Source: Lama glama
Taxonomy: Eukaryota
Assembly (NCBI GenBank): GCA_028534125.1
Contig: CM052818.1
Coordinates: forward strand, 29,948,001-30,012,000
DNA: 64,000 bases
Reading direction: 5' to 3'
Shown here: one piece after another, positions 13,896 through 27,103 of the stretch
Layout of the letters: each line of letters begins with the position of its first letter
Position numbering within the stretch: position 1 is the stretch's first letter
The notes under the pieces: generated by a model
Database searches by the model: none
What the model was told of the DNA's origin: nothing
Seen by the model: the letters and a program-made list of their open reading frames with translations, nothing else
Made by a program: the position numbers and the translations under genes

Positions 13896-14006
13896 CAAAC
13901 TGCAATTTCTTCATAACAGCCACATATTTTTCTTCAAGTGATTTCAATACTGATAAAGGTTTGGGTTTCATAGCCACCTTCTTTGAATATTCACCTAGTT
14001 TTTTTT
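13896..14006 (-). CDS. BIRC6: BIRC6 coding exon (approx. exon 68)
   Basis: taacag|AA...TTTG|gtaagt; 111 nt; EKKLGEYSKKVAMKPKPLSVLKSLEEKYVAVMKKLQF. Confidence 0.95.
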
Positions 14007-14660
14007 CTGTTATTTAATATTTCAAGATAAATAACATAAGTATACATTTTAGAAGAGTAAAACAAACAAAACTATTAACTTCTAGAGTTCAAATTTTTAA
14101 TTCCAAAAAATTACCAAACTCTTCATTATCTTCCTATTGTACTATCTTAAAATTAAAAGATTTCTATTTCATAAAAATAACTAACAGAGCTAAAAATCTT
14201 ATTAAATTTAAAGCTTAAATTCTTAAAATGCTAATTAACATCCATTCAGGCGAAAACAGCAGAAATGAACAACAGATGATGTAGAAGGCTTTATGTCTTC
14301 CATTGCTAATACATGAAAATGCCAATTTTAACTAAATTCTTACACAGTCTTAATGCGCTATTTTCTATCTAATAAAATTTCATTTTTCAATTTCATGACT
14401 TTAATGGAAAGAAAAGAAATTTTTGGTGCATGCTGTCGGCTGACTAAATTTAGTCTTAGTAATCATACAAAGTAGAGATTAATATTTTAAAATTAGAGAC
14501 TATTCATAATTAGCTTGAAAACCTGACACAGAGCAGAATCTTTACGTAAATAACTTGCTTGAAAGAAATTAACATAGAGGGATGAGAAGGCAGTTTTCAG
14601 TAAGTAAATGAAACATCTTTGTATCAAAAGAAAAGGAGCATAAAGGGAATAGTGTTATAC

Positions 14661-14806
14661 CTTGATTTGCTTGCCGCAAACTGGTAGTGGCAGCATAAAC
14701 GATCTCAGCAGTCTTCTGAATGTCTGGCACCAAAAGAGTAAGTCCTTCTGGTTCTTGATCAGATGCATCTGGTTTTACTCCTGTTTTAATATTTTCCCTT
14801 TTAGAT
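14661..14806 (-). CDS. BIRC6: BIRC6 coding exon (approx. exon 67)
   Basis: tttttcag|A...CAAG|gtataa; 146 nt; SKRENIKTGVKPDASDQEPEGLTLLVPDIQKTAEIVYAATTSLRQANQ. Confidence 0.96.
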
Positions 14807-17399
14807 CTGAAAAAGTTTTTTCAATATGAAAAGAAATGCAAGGAAAATTAAGATTTTAAGTTTCGAAAAATAAATACTTTCGTAAGTCAGTAACAGTGGT
14901 TAAAAATTAGTATGATAGTGTGCATTTTTTTTTGACATACACACGATATATACCAAAAGTAGTTTAAGTTAGATGCATTGTTGCTTGTGAAGCCAGGGAT
15001 AATGCCTACAACAATAAACTGAGTTTTGGGTAGGTTTTTTCTTCATATGCAAAAGTAGACAAGAGATAAACACTATAGAAATGTCATACTGTAAAAAAAG
15101 CCAGATACCTGGTATGTCCTTGGATCCACACCTTTAAAAACACACTTATAGTTTAAGTACCTAACAGTAGAGAAATCACTTCTATATGTAAAAGTGACAG
15201 CTGTCTATCCCCTGCCTTCTAAGACCTAGGGATCAAAGATCCACAGGTAGTTTTTAATTTTAATATTGTATGTATTTCACTCAAAATATTTTAATTTACA
15301 AGGGAAAAAAAAAGAAATATTCCAGAGTAAAGTGCAGATTCACTACTTAATACAATGTACTTCTATACACCGAACCTTAACCTAAACACTAAGTTTTAGG
15401 GCATAATCATTTTAAAGATATTCTTCTGTCATTCCCTATTCAGGGTCTAAAATATACTCAGACATATCAAACTGTGTTTCAGTATATAAGGCATGAGAAT
15501 GTTTAACTTTTCTAGATGAATGTGGTACTTCTACTGTATTTGTAATTTTATTACAAGATAATAAAAGTAACTAAGTATCAGAATCCTTTTTTCTATTTCA
15601 ACTCTCAGCACATTTTCTTCATATAATAATTATACTACTGCTTAGATACTAAAAATCTACATCTTTGTTAATTCATTAAATAGACAATTTAAAACAAACT
15701 GAAACCACACATAAATAAAGGTGTTTAAAATGTTTACGCTAAGGTATAATCTAAACTATTTATCTTTTTTTTTCTAGTTTGTACATCTACTAACAAAAAG
15801 TCTGGGCTATTATATTAAAATAGTATTTCACAAAGTGGGCATGGAGCCTTAGAGAACTATAAAAAGACTAAAAAAAGGTAGAATGTCCTTAACAAAATAA
15901 TACTATTATGTCCAAATAAACTGTTCTGTCTCACAAAGACAAATATCTGCTCAGAAGCAATTCAATGCTTAACTTTGGGTAGACCCAAGAGGTAAATTAA
16001 GAAGAGCCACTCAGGGGGATAACAAGGGTAAATGGTTTTAGTGTTATGCATGGCTTCTGAATGTGTTTCAATGTGTGAAAAACTAGTACCTACAGATATT
16101 TTTAACTATAAAGTATATACTACCTCACCAGGCAAGATGATTTAACTTAGGAGCCAGCATGTGTCCCTGGGTTACTGCCTTTTCTCCTATGCTCCCTTAT
16201 CTTCCCTGAGGTACACAGAAGTCCCAGAGAACACATGGCTAACTTTCCTTTGCTACTCAGGAACCACTTGGTAGATATTATACTGTATATATCATTTTAG
16301 TTATCAACTTCTATGTGTGAACGTGTAAATGAACATACTTCATATATGTAAGTAAGGAGAATATAGGGAATGAATGTTTTAAGACTTAAATAAACATTTC
16401 GCTGCTAGAATCAAATAAGATATTGCATCTTTTATAACTATAAAAAAAGTTGAGACTATAGTTTAATGGTGAGTCTGACAATTTTTTAAATAAAGATATG
16501 ATTCTGCTAGATAAGCTCAAACAGGTTTTCAACTTCTGCATTAACCAGTAGCTATTCACAAATCAGTGTCAAACACTTACAATCAAGAAAAGTGCATAAG
16601 CTGATTGACGGTACACCATATGAATTTATAAGGACTCTCCCCAACTGTAAATGATTCTCTTTCGGGGGCTTAAAAAAATTCTTAAGTAATAGGGCCACTG
16701 AACCATAAAAGGAAAACAATGGTTAAGTACTTTGAGAAAACAAAAGAGTTATGGTTACAGCTACAATAAAATAAAGATTGTTTCCTAAATCTATTATCAG
16801 TCAGTTGATCCCTTATACTCTCAATAAAGATTTCACTTAAAGAAATACATCTTGCCAAGCAGAGAAGGAAGATAACAGGAGTGAAGCTCATTTTTCCAGA
16901 ATCAGGGTATTTTCTCCTTGAAGAAACAAGAACCTCTGGCATGGAGAGTAAATTGCATCAATGCAATTTAGAGCAAGTTACCCTCAGAAAACTACTGATT
17001 CTACATTTCAAGCCCTATTCATGAATACCAATATCCTAATTTCAGTTTTTAAAAGATGATTAGTAGGAGAAATCTCTATTATTAAAATAGTGGAATTAGT
17101 TAAGATGAAAAAAATTTTATTTTGACTTCAAAATCTTAAAAATATTTAAAAATAGTGCAAAAATCCACAGGAGGTTTAAAAATATTATTTTTTACACCAA
17201 ATGCATAAAAGATATGGTCATATATATCTCACACTGAAGACAATGTTTGAATCATAAAGCAGACTTAATTAGACCTTTACACCAGGTTCTAATGACACAT
17301 CTTCAGGTGGATAGTATTCGTGACAAAAACAAACAGGAGAAAAAGGAATAATCTCCAAAAGAGATTAATTCAAATATATGAAGCACACACACTACCTGC

Positions 17400-17775
17400 C
17401 TAATGATGACTATAACTAGTCATTGTCTGACATTAAACTACAGCCAATAGTCTCTTTTCTATAAAAATTGCAGGTTACTGTAAACCCATATGTAGGCCCA
17501 GCTCATGAAAAAAGGCCATACCTTAGCTCACATCCTGAAGTCTGTGTGAAAAGCTATTTGAGTTCAAGGCACCTAGCTGGAAGTAGGTCTCTGAGACTGA
17601 CAATGGATCCAACATGGTAAAAGCAATCAGCGACGGCCGCTACCATGGTATCCGCTGCTTTGTGCATACGTTGAATCTGGTTGTGATCACTGCCCTGAAG
17701 AAATACGAGGAATCAACTGAAGTTTCTACTATTGCACAGAATTATCTGCAAACATTTTCCACTATGCTGTGAATT
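17400..17775 (+). mobile_element. Ancient hAT (Ac/ZBED-like) transposase fossil
   Basis: Collinear motifs MTITSHC, GHTLAHI, TDNGSNMVKAI, IRCFVHTLNLVV (CxxH), ICKHF, with stops and frameshifts. Confidence 0.8.
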
Positions 17776-19641
17776 CCAACTAAACAGCTAATAAATTAAG
17801 CAAATTTTGGCTCTGTGACATATAATCTGAACTAGGATGTGAGCAGAATGGGCAAATCTTTCTTGTGTAAACAAAAAGAGAAAAACCCGTAATTCAAAAT
17901 TCAGTTATACTGAATTGCCTCTGCTAATACTATCACCCAAATTAGGTTGATATTTGTAAGGCTAACTACAAAATATCAGAACTATGTTCTTTTATAACCT
18001 ATAAACTGAAAATAGCTCAATGTAGCTATTTCTTGGTTGAACATTACAAAAGACCACATCAATCCCCTGAACTTCTAATTCTGAAGTGAAAACTATCACA
18101 CCGTTGAAATAAATATTTAAAACACAGTGAGATGTTGAAGAAGTAATCAGGAGACCACAATGTTGAAACGTCCAGATTCAGAAATAATAAGAATTAGCAT
18201 TTTAGAGAAAGATTCTAAAACTCTAAGAGAATGAAACGTCTACATTAACCTATAAAACAATGTGTCATACCATACTCCACAGTTCTAGAGCTCTTTGCCA
18301 GGAATTACAGTTCAAAAAAATTAAAAGTAAGTAGAAAGATTTTTTTAAAATATTACTGTGGAGAATTATTTGCTTCTAATGTCTACAGAAAACATGAAAA
18401 TTCTTGAAATGCATCACTACACAGGGCGAAGACCTTTATAAGATGAGTGATTTCCATGATTACTTTAAAGCTTAGTTTTTAACTCTAGATTCTTTTTTTT
18501 TTAATTTAAACTCTTTCCAAAAGGAAGTATGAATTTTAGTTTTTAGTATAATTTACGTGAAAGTTGAAAATAAAATCTTCTTTGTCTTGGGAAGCAAAGA
18601 TAAGCAATATGAGAGAATGGAATATTCAAAACAGCGGTCTGAGAAGCCTTTGAAAATAAGAAAAATCTCGATTTCTAGATTAGATAAAAATATAACAATT
18701 TTTAGGTCAGATTAAATATTACAGGATAAATAAAGGTGCTGTGTGCTGTTGTGGAATGGGTTGCCAAAAGTAATATGCTTCACCAAGAGCCACTTCAGCT
18801 GAGGCAAAGAAGAGATACTAAAATAAAGGTTGGTATTGCTGTCTCCATCACCAAGTAAAAAGTTGATCGACCACTGAACTTGGTCAAGGTCATCAAAAAA
18901 AGAAACTTAAAAAAGTATATATGGCTACAATAAATGCTTCTTGGCTAAGAAATTAGGTCTTTTTCATTTCATACATTTGAGAGGCAGAGGTAAAAAGAAG
19001 ACATAGGAAATGTTTTTCCAATGAAAACAAAATGAGGAGAACTGAAACTGAAACCTACAGGAACTTTAAAGGAGTTAAAATAAGAAAGTTTGACACAAAA
19101 TATGTCTTTTAAGAAGTAGATCAACTAAACTTATTGCTTAGTTAGATAAAAAGGAATTGGGTAATTTCTACAAGAGAATTCAGTTATTTTATAATATGAA
19201 CTTCGCACTAGAAGACACTTTGAGATAGTTAAGGGAAACGGCAATCAAGGATGCTTACTTTAACACTGTTAGAGAGAAGTTCAAAGTCAAAGAACACCTT
19301 ACACTTAACGTAGCCATTTGTGTCATGTCCTCATTGGCAATTAAGATTATTCGATTGACGGTAAGTCCCTCTTTCAAAATTTTGGTGGAATTATCAAATA
19401 CTAAATATACAAAACACAATTATTTGCCTACTGGAGTCCAGAAGGCGAAGTCTGCACAGAAGATTAAGGACAAAATATCTGCCTTTGCTCCTATTCCAAG
19501 GAAGCTATGAAGTGTCACACTTAATCAAAAGTGAAACCAAACTACCATGGCTATACTTTGACTTCATGTTGAGGTAACACAGGTTGGAATGGCCAGCAGA
19601 CGAATTTCACCAAGAATGGTATTTAAAAGCTAAAGGGGGTA

Positions 19642-19774
19642 GGGGAGGGTGTAGCTCAATGGTAGAGCACATGCTTAGCATGCAACGAGGTCCTGGGTTC
19701 AAGCCCCAGTATCTCCATTAAAAAATAGTAACAATAATAACAAATAAATAAATAGACCTAATGACTCCCCAAAA

Positions 19775-19806
<32 letters not shown>

Positions 19807-19823
19807 TAAATAAATAAATAAAT
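19642..19823 (+). mobile_element. Camelid tRNA-Ala-derived SINE (Vic-1-like) with (TAAG)n(TAAA)n tail
   Basis: ggggagggtgtagctcaatggtagagc...gggttcaagcccc (Pol III A/B boxes); near-TSD aaaagctaaagggggt / aaaagctgaaggggt. Confidence 0.9.
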
Positions 19824-20714
19824 AAAAGCTGAAGGGGTCACATCTTCTCACTGTGATTATTTTGTGGGAAGAAAATGAACTTTCACATTAGATAATTATA
19901 TTCCAATTCAAGCAGAAAATATACATATATAAAAGTTTAAAGTATTATGTTACCTATGCCACAAATCCCTTTACTAATAGAGATAACAGAGATGCTTTTG
20001 AGTTCTTTCTTTAAGAATCTAAAATAAATTGTTCATCAATAACTGGTCATAAGTAGGGGGGAGTGTTTTTGCTTATTATTTAAATATCTAATATTGCTAT
20101 ACAAACTCTTGAAAAGAAAAAATAATTTTATTTCCAACACACTGCCCCAATCTCTGCAAGCAGATACCAGATCAGCTTGAAAACACAGTAGAAGAAAAAT
20201 ACACATCAAAAAGTAAGATATTTTCAGAGAAATGCTTTTTATTAATTCTTTTGAGCAAGGAAAACATCAAATGGGTAAAGCTGACGTATTCTTCACTTGA
20301 GTGATAATTATATAAGTGCTACCAGCTCACATTCTACAGTTTAACTTACTTAGTGTAATAATCCAGTAATTATTTCTTAGGCACAACTTGAATGTTGTGC
20401 ATATCTAATGAAACATGCTACCTTTTAACATCTTATCATAGTGCTAACTTAAAAATTCTTCAGGGGAATTAAAAAAGATGAGCAAAAGAAAACATCAGAA
20501 AAATTCTGTAGAATCTTCATTATTGTATATACTTTATCAGAAGCAAATCTTTCAATTAAAAAATTTTACTTGTCAACATTTAAAATATTTTGAATGTATC
20601 CTAGATTTCCAAAGGCAGATAAGAGAAAAGTACACCTCCCCAACTTCTAATTATTCACTGATGCATAAATTGAATTGTTCTTTGGATGGTTAACTTGATA
20701 AATATACTTGATTG

Positions 20715-20860
20715 GGACATTAGATTTTAGATCTTATAGCTCTGCCACTAACCATCAGAGAACCTGGAAAAGATCACAGTATTTCTGGACTTCGTTTTCC
20801 TCGTTTATAAAAAGGTGGTTCTGAACTATCTGAACTCTAAAGAGAATCTCTTACAGTTTT
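20715..20860 (+). mobile_element. Degenerate MIR
   Basis: agctctgccactaacc...acctggaaaagatcac...tctggacttcgttttcctcgtttataaaa. Confidence 0.6.
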
Positions 20861-23386
20861 AAAAACCAACTGATAACATGGGACAGGTTACTTACTGTGA
20901 TATGTCCAGAAAGATAAGATTATAAACTAAATCTTACTATGCAAGAGACTTCAAATTCAGCAATTAAGATTGCTTGAGGTTTTGTCAGAGATAAAAATAG
21001 TGGGAACTGTCCTGAAACTTTAAGCTCATCTAATGTAATCTGATAAGAAACAAATAATCATTTTATATTGGTATGTTATGCTACTGAGGTAGAAGTATTA
21101 AGTCAATTTTTAATTTGTATGAGTTTTTGTTTGTTCATCACTTAAATAATAGAATAAGCAGCATTTTGGTACTTTAAGTGTTTTTCAGGAACCAGCTAAG
21201 GCTCAAGTCTAGCCTTTACACAAGCATGAAACCTAAGTGATCACTGAACAATTCTGAGCAATGGTGTATAAAAATAGAAGTATCTGGGCTTTGGGTCAAT
21301 TAACTTGTTTTTCTTCATAAATATTGTTTGTGATAATGAACATCACAGGCGTCAGGGGACTGGGGAGCTAAATCTAAGATTTATTAACTATTAGTAAGTT
21401 TTTAAATGTTAAACTCTAAGCAATAGTTTCATTCTTTGGCAAACAAGAATATTTTCTTGTCTACCACACAGAGCAGGAAAAACTAGTAACAGACACCTGA
21501 GAACTTTTGAAATTGTGTATCTGACATAAAAGTTAGGTTATATTATTACTTCCATGTATTTTTAATATAAATCTATACGCTATTATATATTTATTGTAAG
21601 TTACTCACAATTTAAAGCAGTCTGGCTTACTCTCCAGACACAAAAAGAGAAATCAATAAAAGCATAGAGGCTGGAACATAAACACTATACAAATCAAAAT
21701 TATTCAAATTGGCAAAACAAAAGGAATTCAGGAAATACTTCAGTCTTCTATCTGCCTAAGTCATTATTCTGACAGTTACAAAAATTCATTTTCACCAGAT
21801 TTTTATTTCTCATAATCAGTATAAAATTAAGTGGTAGTGACCTTGGACTAATGCATCAGTAAAAATCTCATCACAGGCTGTCTCTGGTATGTATCTAACA
21901 CTGACTGCTTATACCTTTAAACACCCTTTACCTCCTACTTTTCATATCATGCTCTCATTCTGGCATGCGTTCCCTCTCTACCCCTCTTTTGGCCTCTCGG
22001 CAACTATTTCTTCCACAGCTTGTAGATCTAAAAATTAAAACTACTAAACACAAATTATAAAACTAAAGAAAAAAATCAGATATTAAGACTTTTTGGGTTA
22101 AATTATTTTTAATTTGGATAAAATTTTTTCTGTGTTAGGAAAGAAAGAAAAGTGTTAATACTGCTACACTGAGGGCACCTGAAAAATAAAACATTTATCG
22201 TAACAGAAGTTTTCAAACACTAGGCATTGAGTGAATTCTACTTATCCTTTGTGGATAAATGTTAAACTATTTGTTCTTCCTAAGTGCCTATTACAGCAGG
22301 AGACAGGCAAAAGAAATAAGAACATTCAATTATCTTGGAATTCCTTTGATTCTTCTATTGAAGTGATTACTAAAGTGGCTTTTTAAATAATTTCTCTGAA
22401 ATAAAGTAAATGAACTACTTAATATTATTGAGGCAAACAAAGTTAAACAGAACCAATACTTCAGTCAACCATTTCTCCATTTTTGTTCAAATTACAAAAA
22501 TTTTCAATTGAACAATAAAAAAATACAAAATTTCCTTATGATGGCATCCTGAAATGTTCCAATTCTGTTTAGATTTTAAGCAATAGATGATGACAGAAAA
22601 TGGCCTTAAGTGATAAATACATTTAACCTTATAGGTACAGTTAAGGTATGTTTTTAAAATGGCGTAAAACCAGTATATGTTTTTGCTACAAAACATATCA
22701 TATATATTTAGAAAAAATTAATTTCTGAAAAAAATCCTCATAATTAATTACCTTTAATCTTGGCTGTTTCAGAAAAAAGTTGGAAAGTGCTGAATGTAAA
22801 AATTATCTATTTTTAAGTAATACTCTTTGGCCTAGTCCTCTGTGCTACCTAAAGGAATGTTATTCCTGATTTATCTTAACATAAATGCTTACTAATACTC
22901 AGCCAACAGCAGTATCAATCAGTTTACTTATGTTAACCATTAGATTTAAATTCACTCTCAGCAGTTACTACAAATTGTGAATCTTGAAAGGACTTATCAG
23001 AAGAAGTGGTAGATAATAAAAATACAGAATCAGGAGTAAAAGAATATTAAAATAGTATTATCTTTAGGAAATTCTTAATGCAATTTGTACAGTAAATATT
23101 TAACGGCTTTTTAAAGGCAGCCTAAATCATAATAAATCACTCCTAGTTATCACCCTGCCATATCAACAGTTAATCTGGCCAAGAAAGCAGATGATAAATG
23201 AGAAGTATATTCATTCCTTGAAATACTGCTCTGGTTTACACTAATACCAATCCCAGCAGAGTACTGTAATTATCAGTCACCAAACTAATCCTCGCCCATG
23301 AGATAATCATTCTGTTAAGGTATAATTATAATTGAAGAAATCTGAAACATGCCTTAGAGTCTATTATTTCAAAAGTTAAAATTCAG

Positions 23387-23631
23387 GGTCACTGTCTCTC
23401 TTGCCTTCTGAGAAGGCCTGCACTCTGTCTATGGAGTGTGTATCTACTTTTACTTTAAACACCCTGCACCTCTTAGCTTCTCTCCCTCTCACCTTTCTGA
23501 GATGGCCCATATTCTGCCTACACAGTATGTATCTCCTAAGCCTTTTCCCATTTTTCCCTTCTGAGTGAGATGGACCCCACTCTCTGTGAAGTGTGTCTCT
23601 CTCTTAATAAACTTGCTTTCACTTTAAGAAA
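23387..23631 (+). mobile_element. MER41-like ERV1 LTR fragment, apparently retroposed by L1
   Basis: ctctgtctatggagt and cttaataaacttgctttcacttta (MER41-type); ends in an A tract; TSD aaaag(t/a)taaaattcag at 23371-23386 and 23632-23647. Confidence 0.75.
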
Positions 23632-25264
23632 AAAAGATAAAATTCAGAGGCTACTTTTCAGATATCTATATGTCTACTGATATATACATGCATATATAAT
23701 TATATTTCATGTATTATTATATATACCAGCAAAAACTCTTAATTATAGAACTGACAGGCATAAAAGGAATTCCCATTGTGTTGTGCCACTGTGCCAACTC
23801 AAGTTCCTCCTCTAAGCAGTCATTCTTACTGAAGCCTTTGGATGTGTAAAAAGTTTGGTATTATGGCTGCAATATTGATTCTACCAAGTCATCTCCTCAG
23901 CATATTGCCTAAAAGGGGGTATGGTGTAGAAGGCAACCCAACTAATACATCGTCAATCCATCCTTCACCCAAGAGTTACCTGAGTTATCCTTTATTAAAA
24001 TACAATGCCCCCTTGAAAGGCAAAAGGGTCATTTCCTTCTTTATATAAGTCTGTCTTGAAAAGGGCAAAATTCTGGAACAGTAGGACACACCTAGTTATA
24101 AGGTGCTTTGCTGGACAGGGATCAAAAGAGGACACTAGGTATCTTGCAGAGCAGGGAAGTGAAAAGTAAAAAGGAAGAGAAGAATGTTAAGGTAAAAACC
24201 AGCTACTTTTTGTAAAACTCTTAAGGTGAGGATGAGAACCAAAACACCACTCTAAACTGTGGCCACATTTAAAAACAAAAGCTAGGTTATTTATGGCAAA
24301 TGACACTGGTTCTTCTGATATGGTAATAATTTGAAATTTCCTCTTTACATAAAATGTTTGGTTAAAAAAAAAATCTAAACAGAGATTCTAACAATAGCAT
24401 AGGTGGTATAAGATTTGAAAGTCCTTCCTCTTAAGAATCTCATGCCAAGACTCTGCACTCTGACAAAGAATTTCTACCAAGAAAAATTTCCTTCAGTTTT
24501 CAACCATGAAAATGGTTTGACTTATCTGATCAGATTAATAAAAATCCTCTTATTACCTGAGGACTCTTTTTAGAGTTAGATGAATTCTAAAATAACAGAC
24601 AAAAAGCTCCAGAAAAATTATATCTAAAGCCTACTTACCATCATATAAAATTTTCCACATCTATAATTCTAGCTGGATGACAGCTTTAAGGAAATAGCAG
24701 AAGAATGTATGACTGTGCATGTAGTCTCATCCTGCCATTCCTGAACCTTAACATTAAGAGACTTTAGATTCTCTACTAATGATTCTGAGCCTCTGTCAAG
24801 CCAATAAATGGTTGTTTCCTGTCTAACTGGGTCACTTAAATAACCTGGTAAGATCAGTACTGGAAAACTTCCACGTGGGATTACAGACTTCAGATTCTTA
24901 TATGTTAACAAAAGAAACCATGCTCCCAGAACCATTCACCCAATAGTACTTGCAGTTTATTGAAGGAGATTCCTAGGAATAAATCTGCAGTCGCCAATAT
25001 TAATACATAGGCAGAATAATGTAGTTAATAAATAATTTAAAGCCTCAGTTATATTATTGATTTTTTAAAGTCAAACATCTAGAACATAGAAAGTATTTCT
25101 ACTCATGAACTAACTTTCCAGTAAATCCATAATATTAGTGCAAGAATGCTAATGGACACAAATCCTCAGTCCCCACAAATGGCAGAATGGGGAGAGGATA
25201 CAAATAGCTCGAATGTCAAGATGGAAAGGATGAAAATCTCTTCCATGGCAGTTTAGTCTGCTAA

Positions 25265-25757
25265 CTTCCATCCCAACTCTTCAGCTATACTGCAAGATAA
25301 TCTTTTTTACAATGCAAATCTAATTAGAGCCCTGCTGAACTCCTTCTAATAGCTCTTCACCATATTTAAGAGCAAGGAACTATGAAGTTCTTCGAGCACT
25401 TGCTTTCTTCTCTAGCCTCATTTCCCACCTCTATCTCCTACCCACAGGATACCCAGGCATACCAGACTTCTTTAGATTTCCCTGAATATGTGATGCTTTC
25501 TTCCACTACTAACATTATTTTCGCAGCCTGGTATACCAGCCCCCATCCCTCTTCATTTAGTCAATTTCTACTTATTCTTTGGGCTTCCAAATCTGGGTTG
25601 ATCCTCCAGTAATGTCTTATACTTCCAATACACCAGGTACTGTGTTATTAAAACTGTCTAGTTACTGTTTCCCCATTTATGTCAGTCCCTTCGAAAAAAG
25701 ACCTTTCTTTGTTATGCTCTCATGAACATTCTATAAATATCTGTTAAATGAACAAAT
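25265..25757 (+). mobile_element. LINE2 3' fragment
   Basis: Pyrimidine-rich L2 body ending ataaatatctgttaaatgaacaaat. Confidence 0.65.
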
Positions 25758-26383
25758 CAGTGATGTTCTTGTGACCAGGCCAGATCTTATCTATCGAAAT
25801 ATAATCACAATTTTCTAAAGCACAAATTAGATAAAAGCAAAGTAAACAATCTGCCTTTTCAGCTTAATGATATTTTTCTATTTCCTGTTATAGAAGATTT
25901 CAGACTTGGGGGGAAGAGTCAGCTAACCTATACAGTCTCCATCATTTTTTGAATTCTGAGATCAAAACTAGTTGGGTTTAGGCGTTGTCTTCAAGAGAGA
26001 ATAATCTCAATTAGGTTATTCCTACTAGTAAAAAGTAAACTACCTTTTTGTACTTGGGCAAAACATTTTATCCTTCCTTTCATCCACAAAAGATAGAATT
26101 TTTAAGTATAGCATATACAGAAGAAATAACTTAAATGAAAAATCATTATATGTAATAATAATTATCATCTAAAGACTGCAAATTACAGAGAACCTATTTT
26201 TCTTTATCTAAGATGACCAAAGAGTACTATGTTAAAATTTCATTTGAACGGAAAAAAAATTACATGCCTTTTGTATGTGCTTGGTTTAAAAAAAGTACAA
26301 GTGAGAAATAAAGAAAAAAAACAAAGTAATACAATAAGATATATAAACATAATTAGTAAACTAATATTCGCTCTGTCTCACCA

Positions 26384-26421
26384 GAAAGAAGGAAAGAAAG
26401 AAAGCAGAAAGCAAGAAAGCA

Positions 26422-26456
<35 letters not shown>

Positions 26457-26460
26457 AAGC
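26384..26460 (+). repeat. Compound microsatellite (GAAA/GCAA)n then (GCCA)n
   Basis: Direct reading; about 8 GCCA units from 26423. Confidence 0.9.
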
Positions 26461-27047
26461 CCCCAGGGCCTCCTATTTCTTACTGAGAAAAAAAAAGACA
26501 GAAATAATGTAAAAATGTTTTGAGCTGTGGTACACCTACACAGTAATTTTAAAGCCGTAACTCCAAAGCTTGATGAAGCACTAAAACATAACCTAAAAGT
26601 GATATATAAACAGAATGTATTTGCCTTGACCATTCTCTTCGTAGAGTATCCTGGGTTTTTGATTTTTTGGGGGGATGAGGCAGACAGGTAGTGGGGTGGG
26701 GAGGAGGCGGAAGCTCTGCACTTTGACACTGTTAAAACTGAATTTAGGCCAACTTCTGTGGGTAAAGACTTTATAAGAAATTGGACTATACTCTTCACTT
26801 TATTCTAATGAAAATATGAAAAGAAATACATCTTAAGTTTTAAAAGGCTGGAAAAGAAAAGATTTTACCCTCTCTCTGTGAAGTGGAAAGTGAATTCTCA
26901 AGATGCCAAACTTTCAAATGAAAGCAGAGGTGTTATAACATATATGTTTCTCTGGCTTCTTTTTTTAATAGAGGCTATAGATATCATGAGGGATCTCAAC
27001 CATGATGCATATTTAGACCCTAATACAAAATTCTCTACAAGTGTTTC

Positions 27048-27103
27048 GTTTTTTTAAATTGAAGTTAAGTATAGTCAGTTTACAATGTTGTGTCATTTCT
27101 GGT
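27048..27103 (-). mobile_element. Very short L1 3' tip insertion
   Basis: ttttttaaattgaag...tatagtcagtttacaatgttgtgtcatttctgg; flanked by a degenerate 14-bp TSD. Confidence 0.7.

Noticed and set aside
19642..19718. tRNA-Ala-like gene
   Set aside because: It has an A-rich/microsatellite tail, a TSD, a degenerate cloverleaf and two more copies in the window, so it is a SINE, not a tRNA
26229..26798. 85-aa and 145-aa ORFs with PASQ/LAGW repeats
   Set aside because: Translations of the (GCCA)n microsatellite with no splice or homology support
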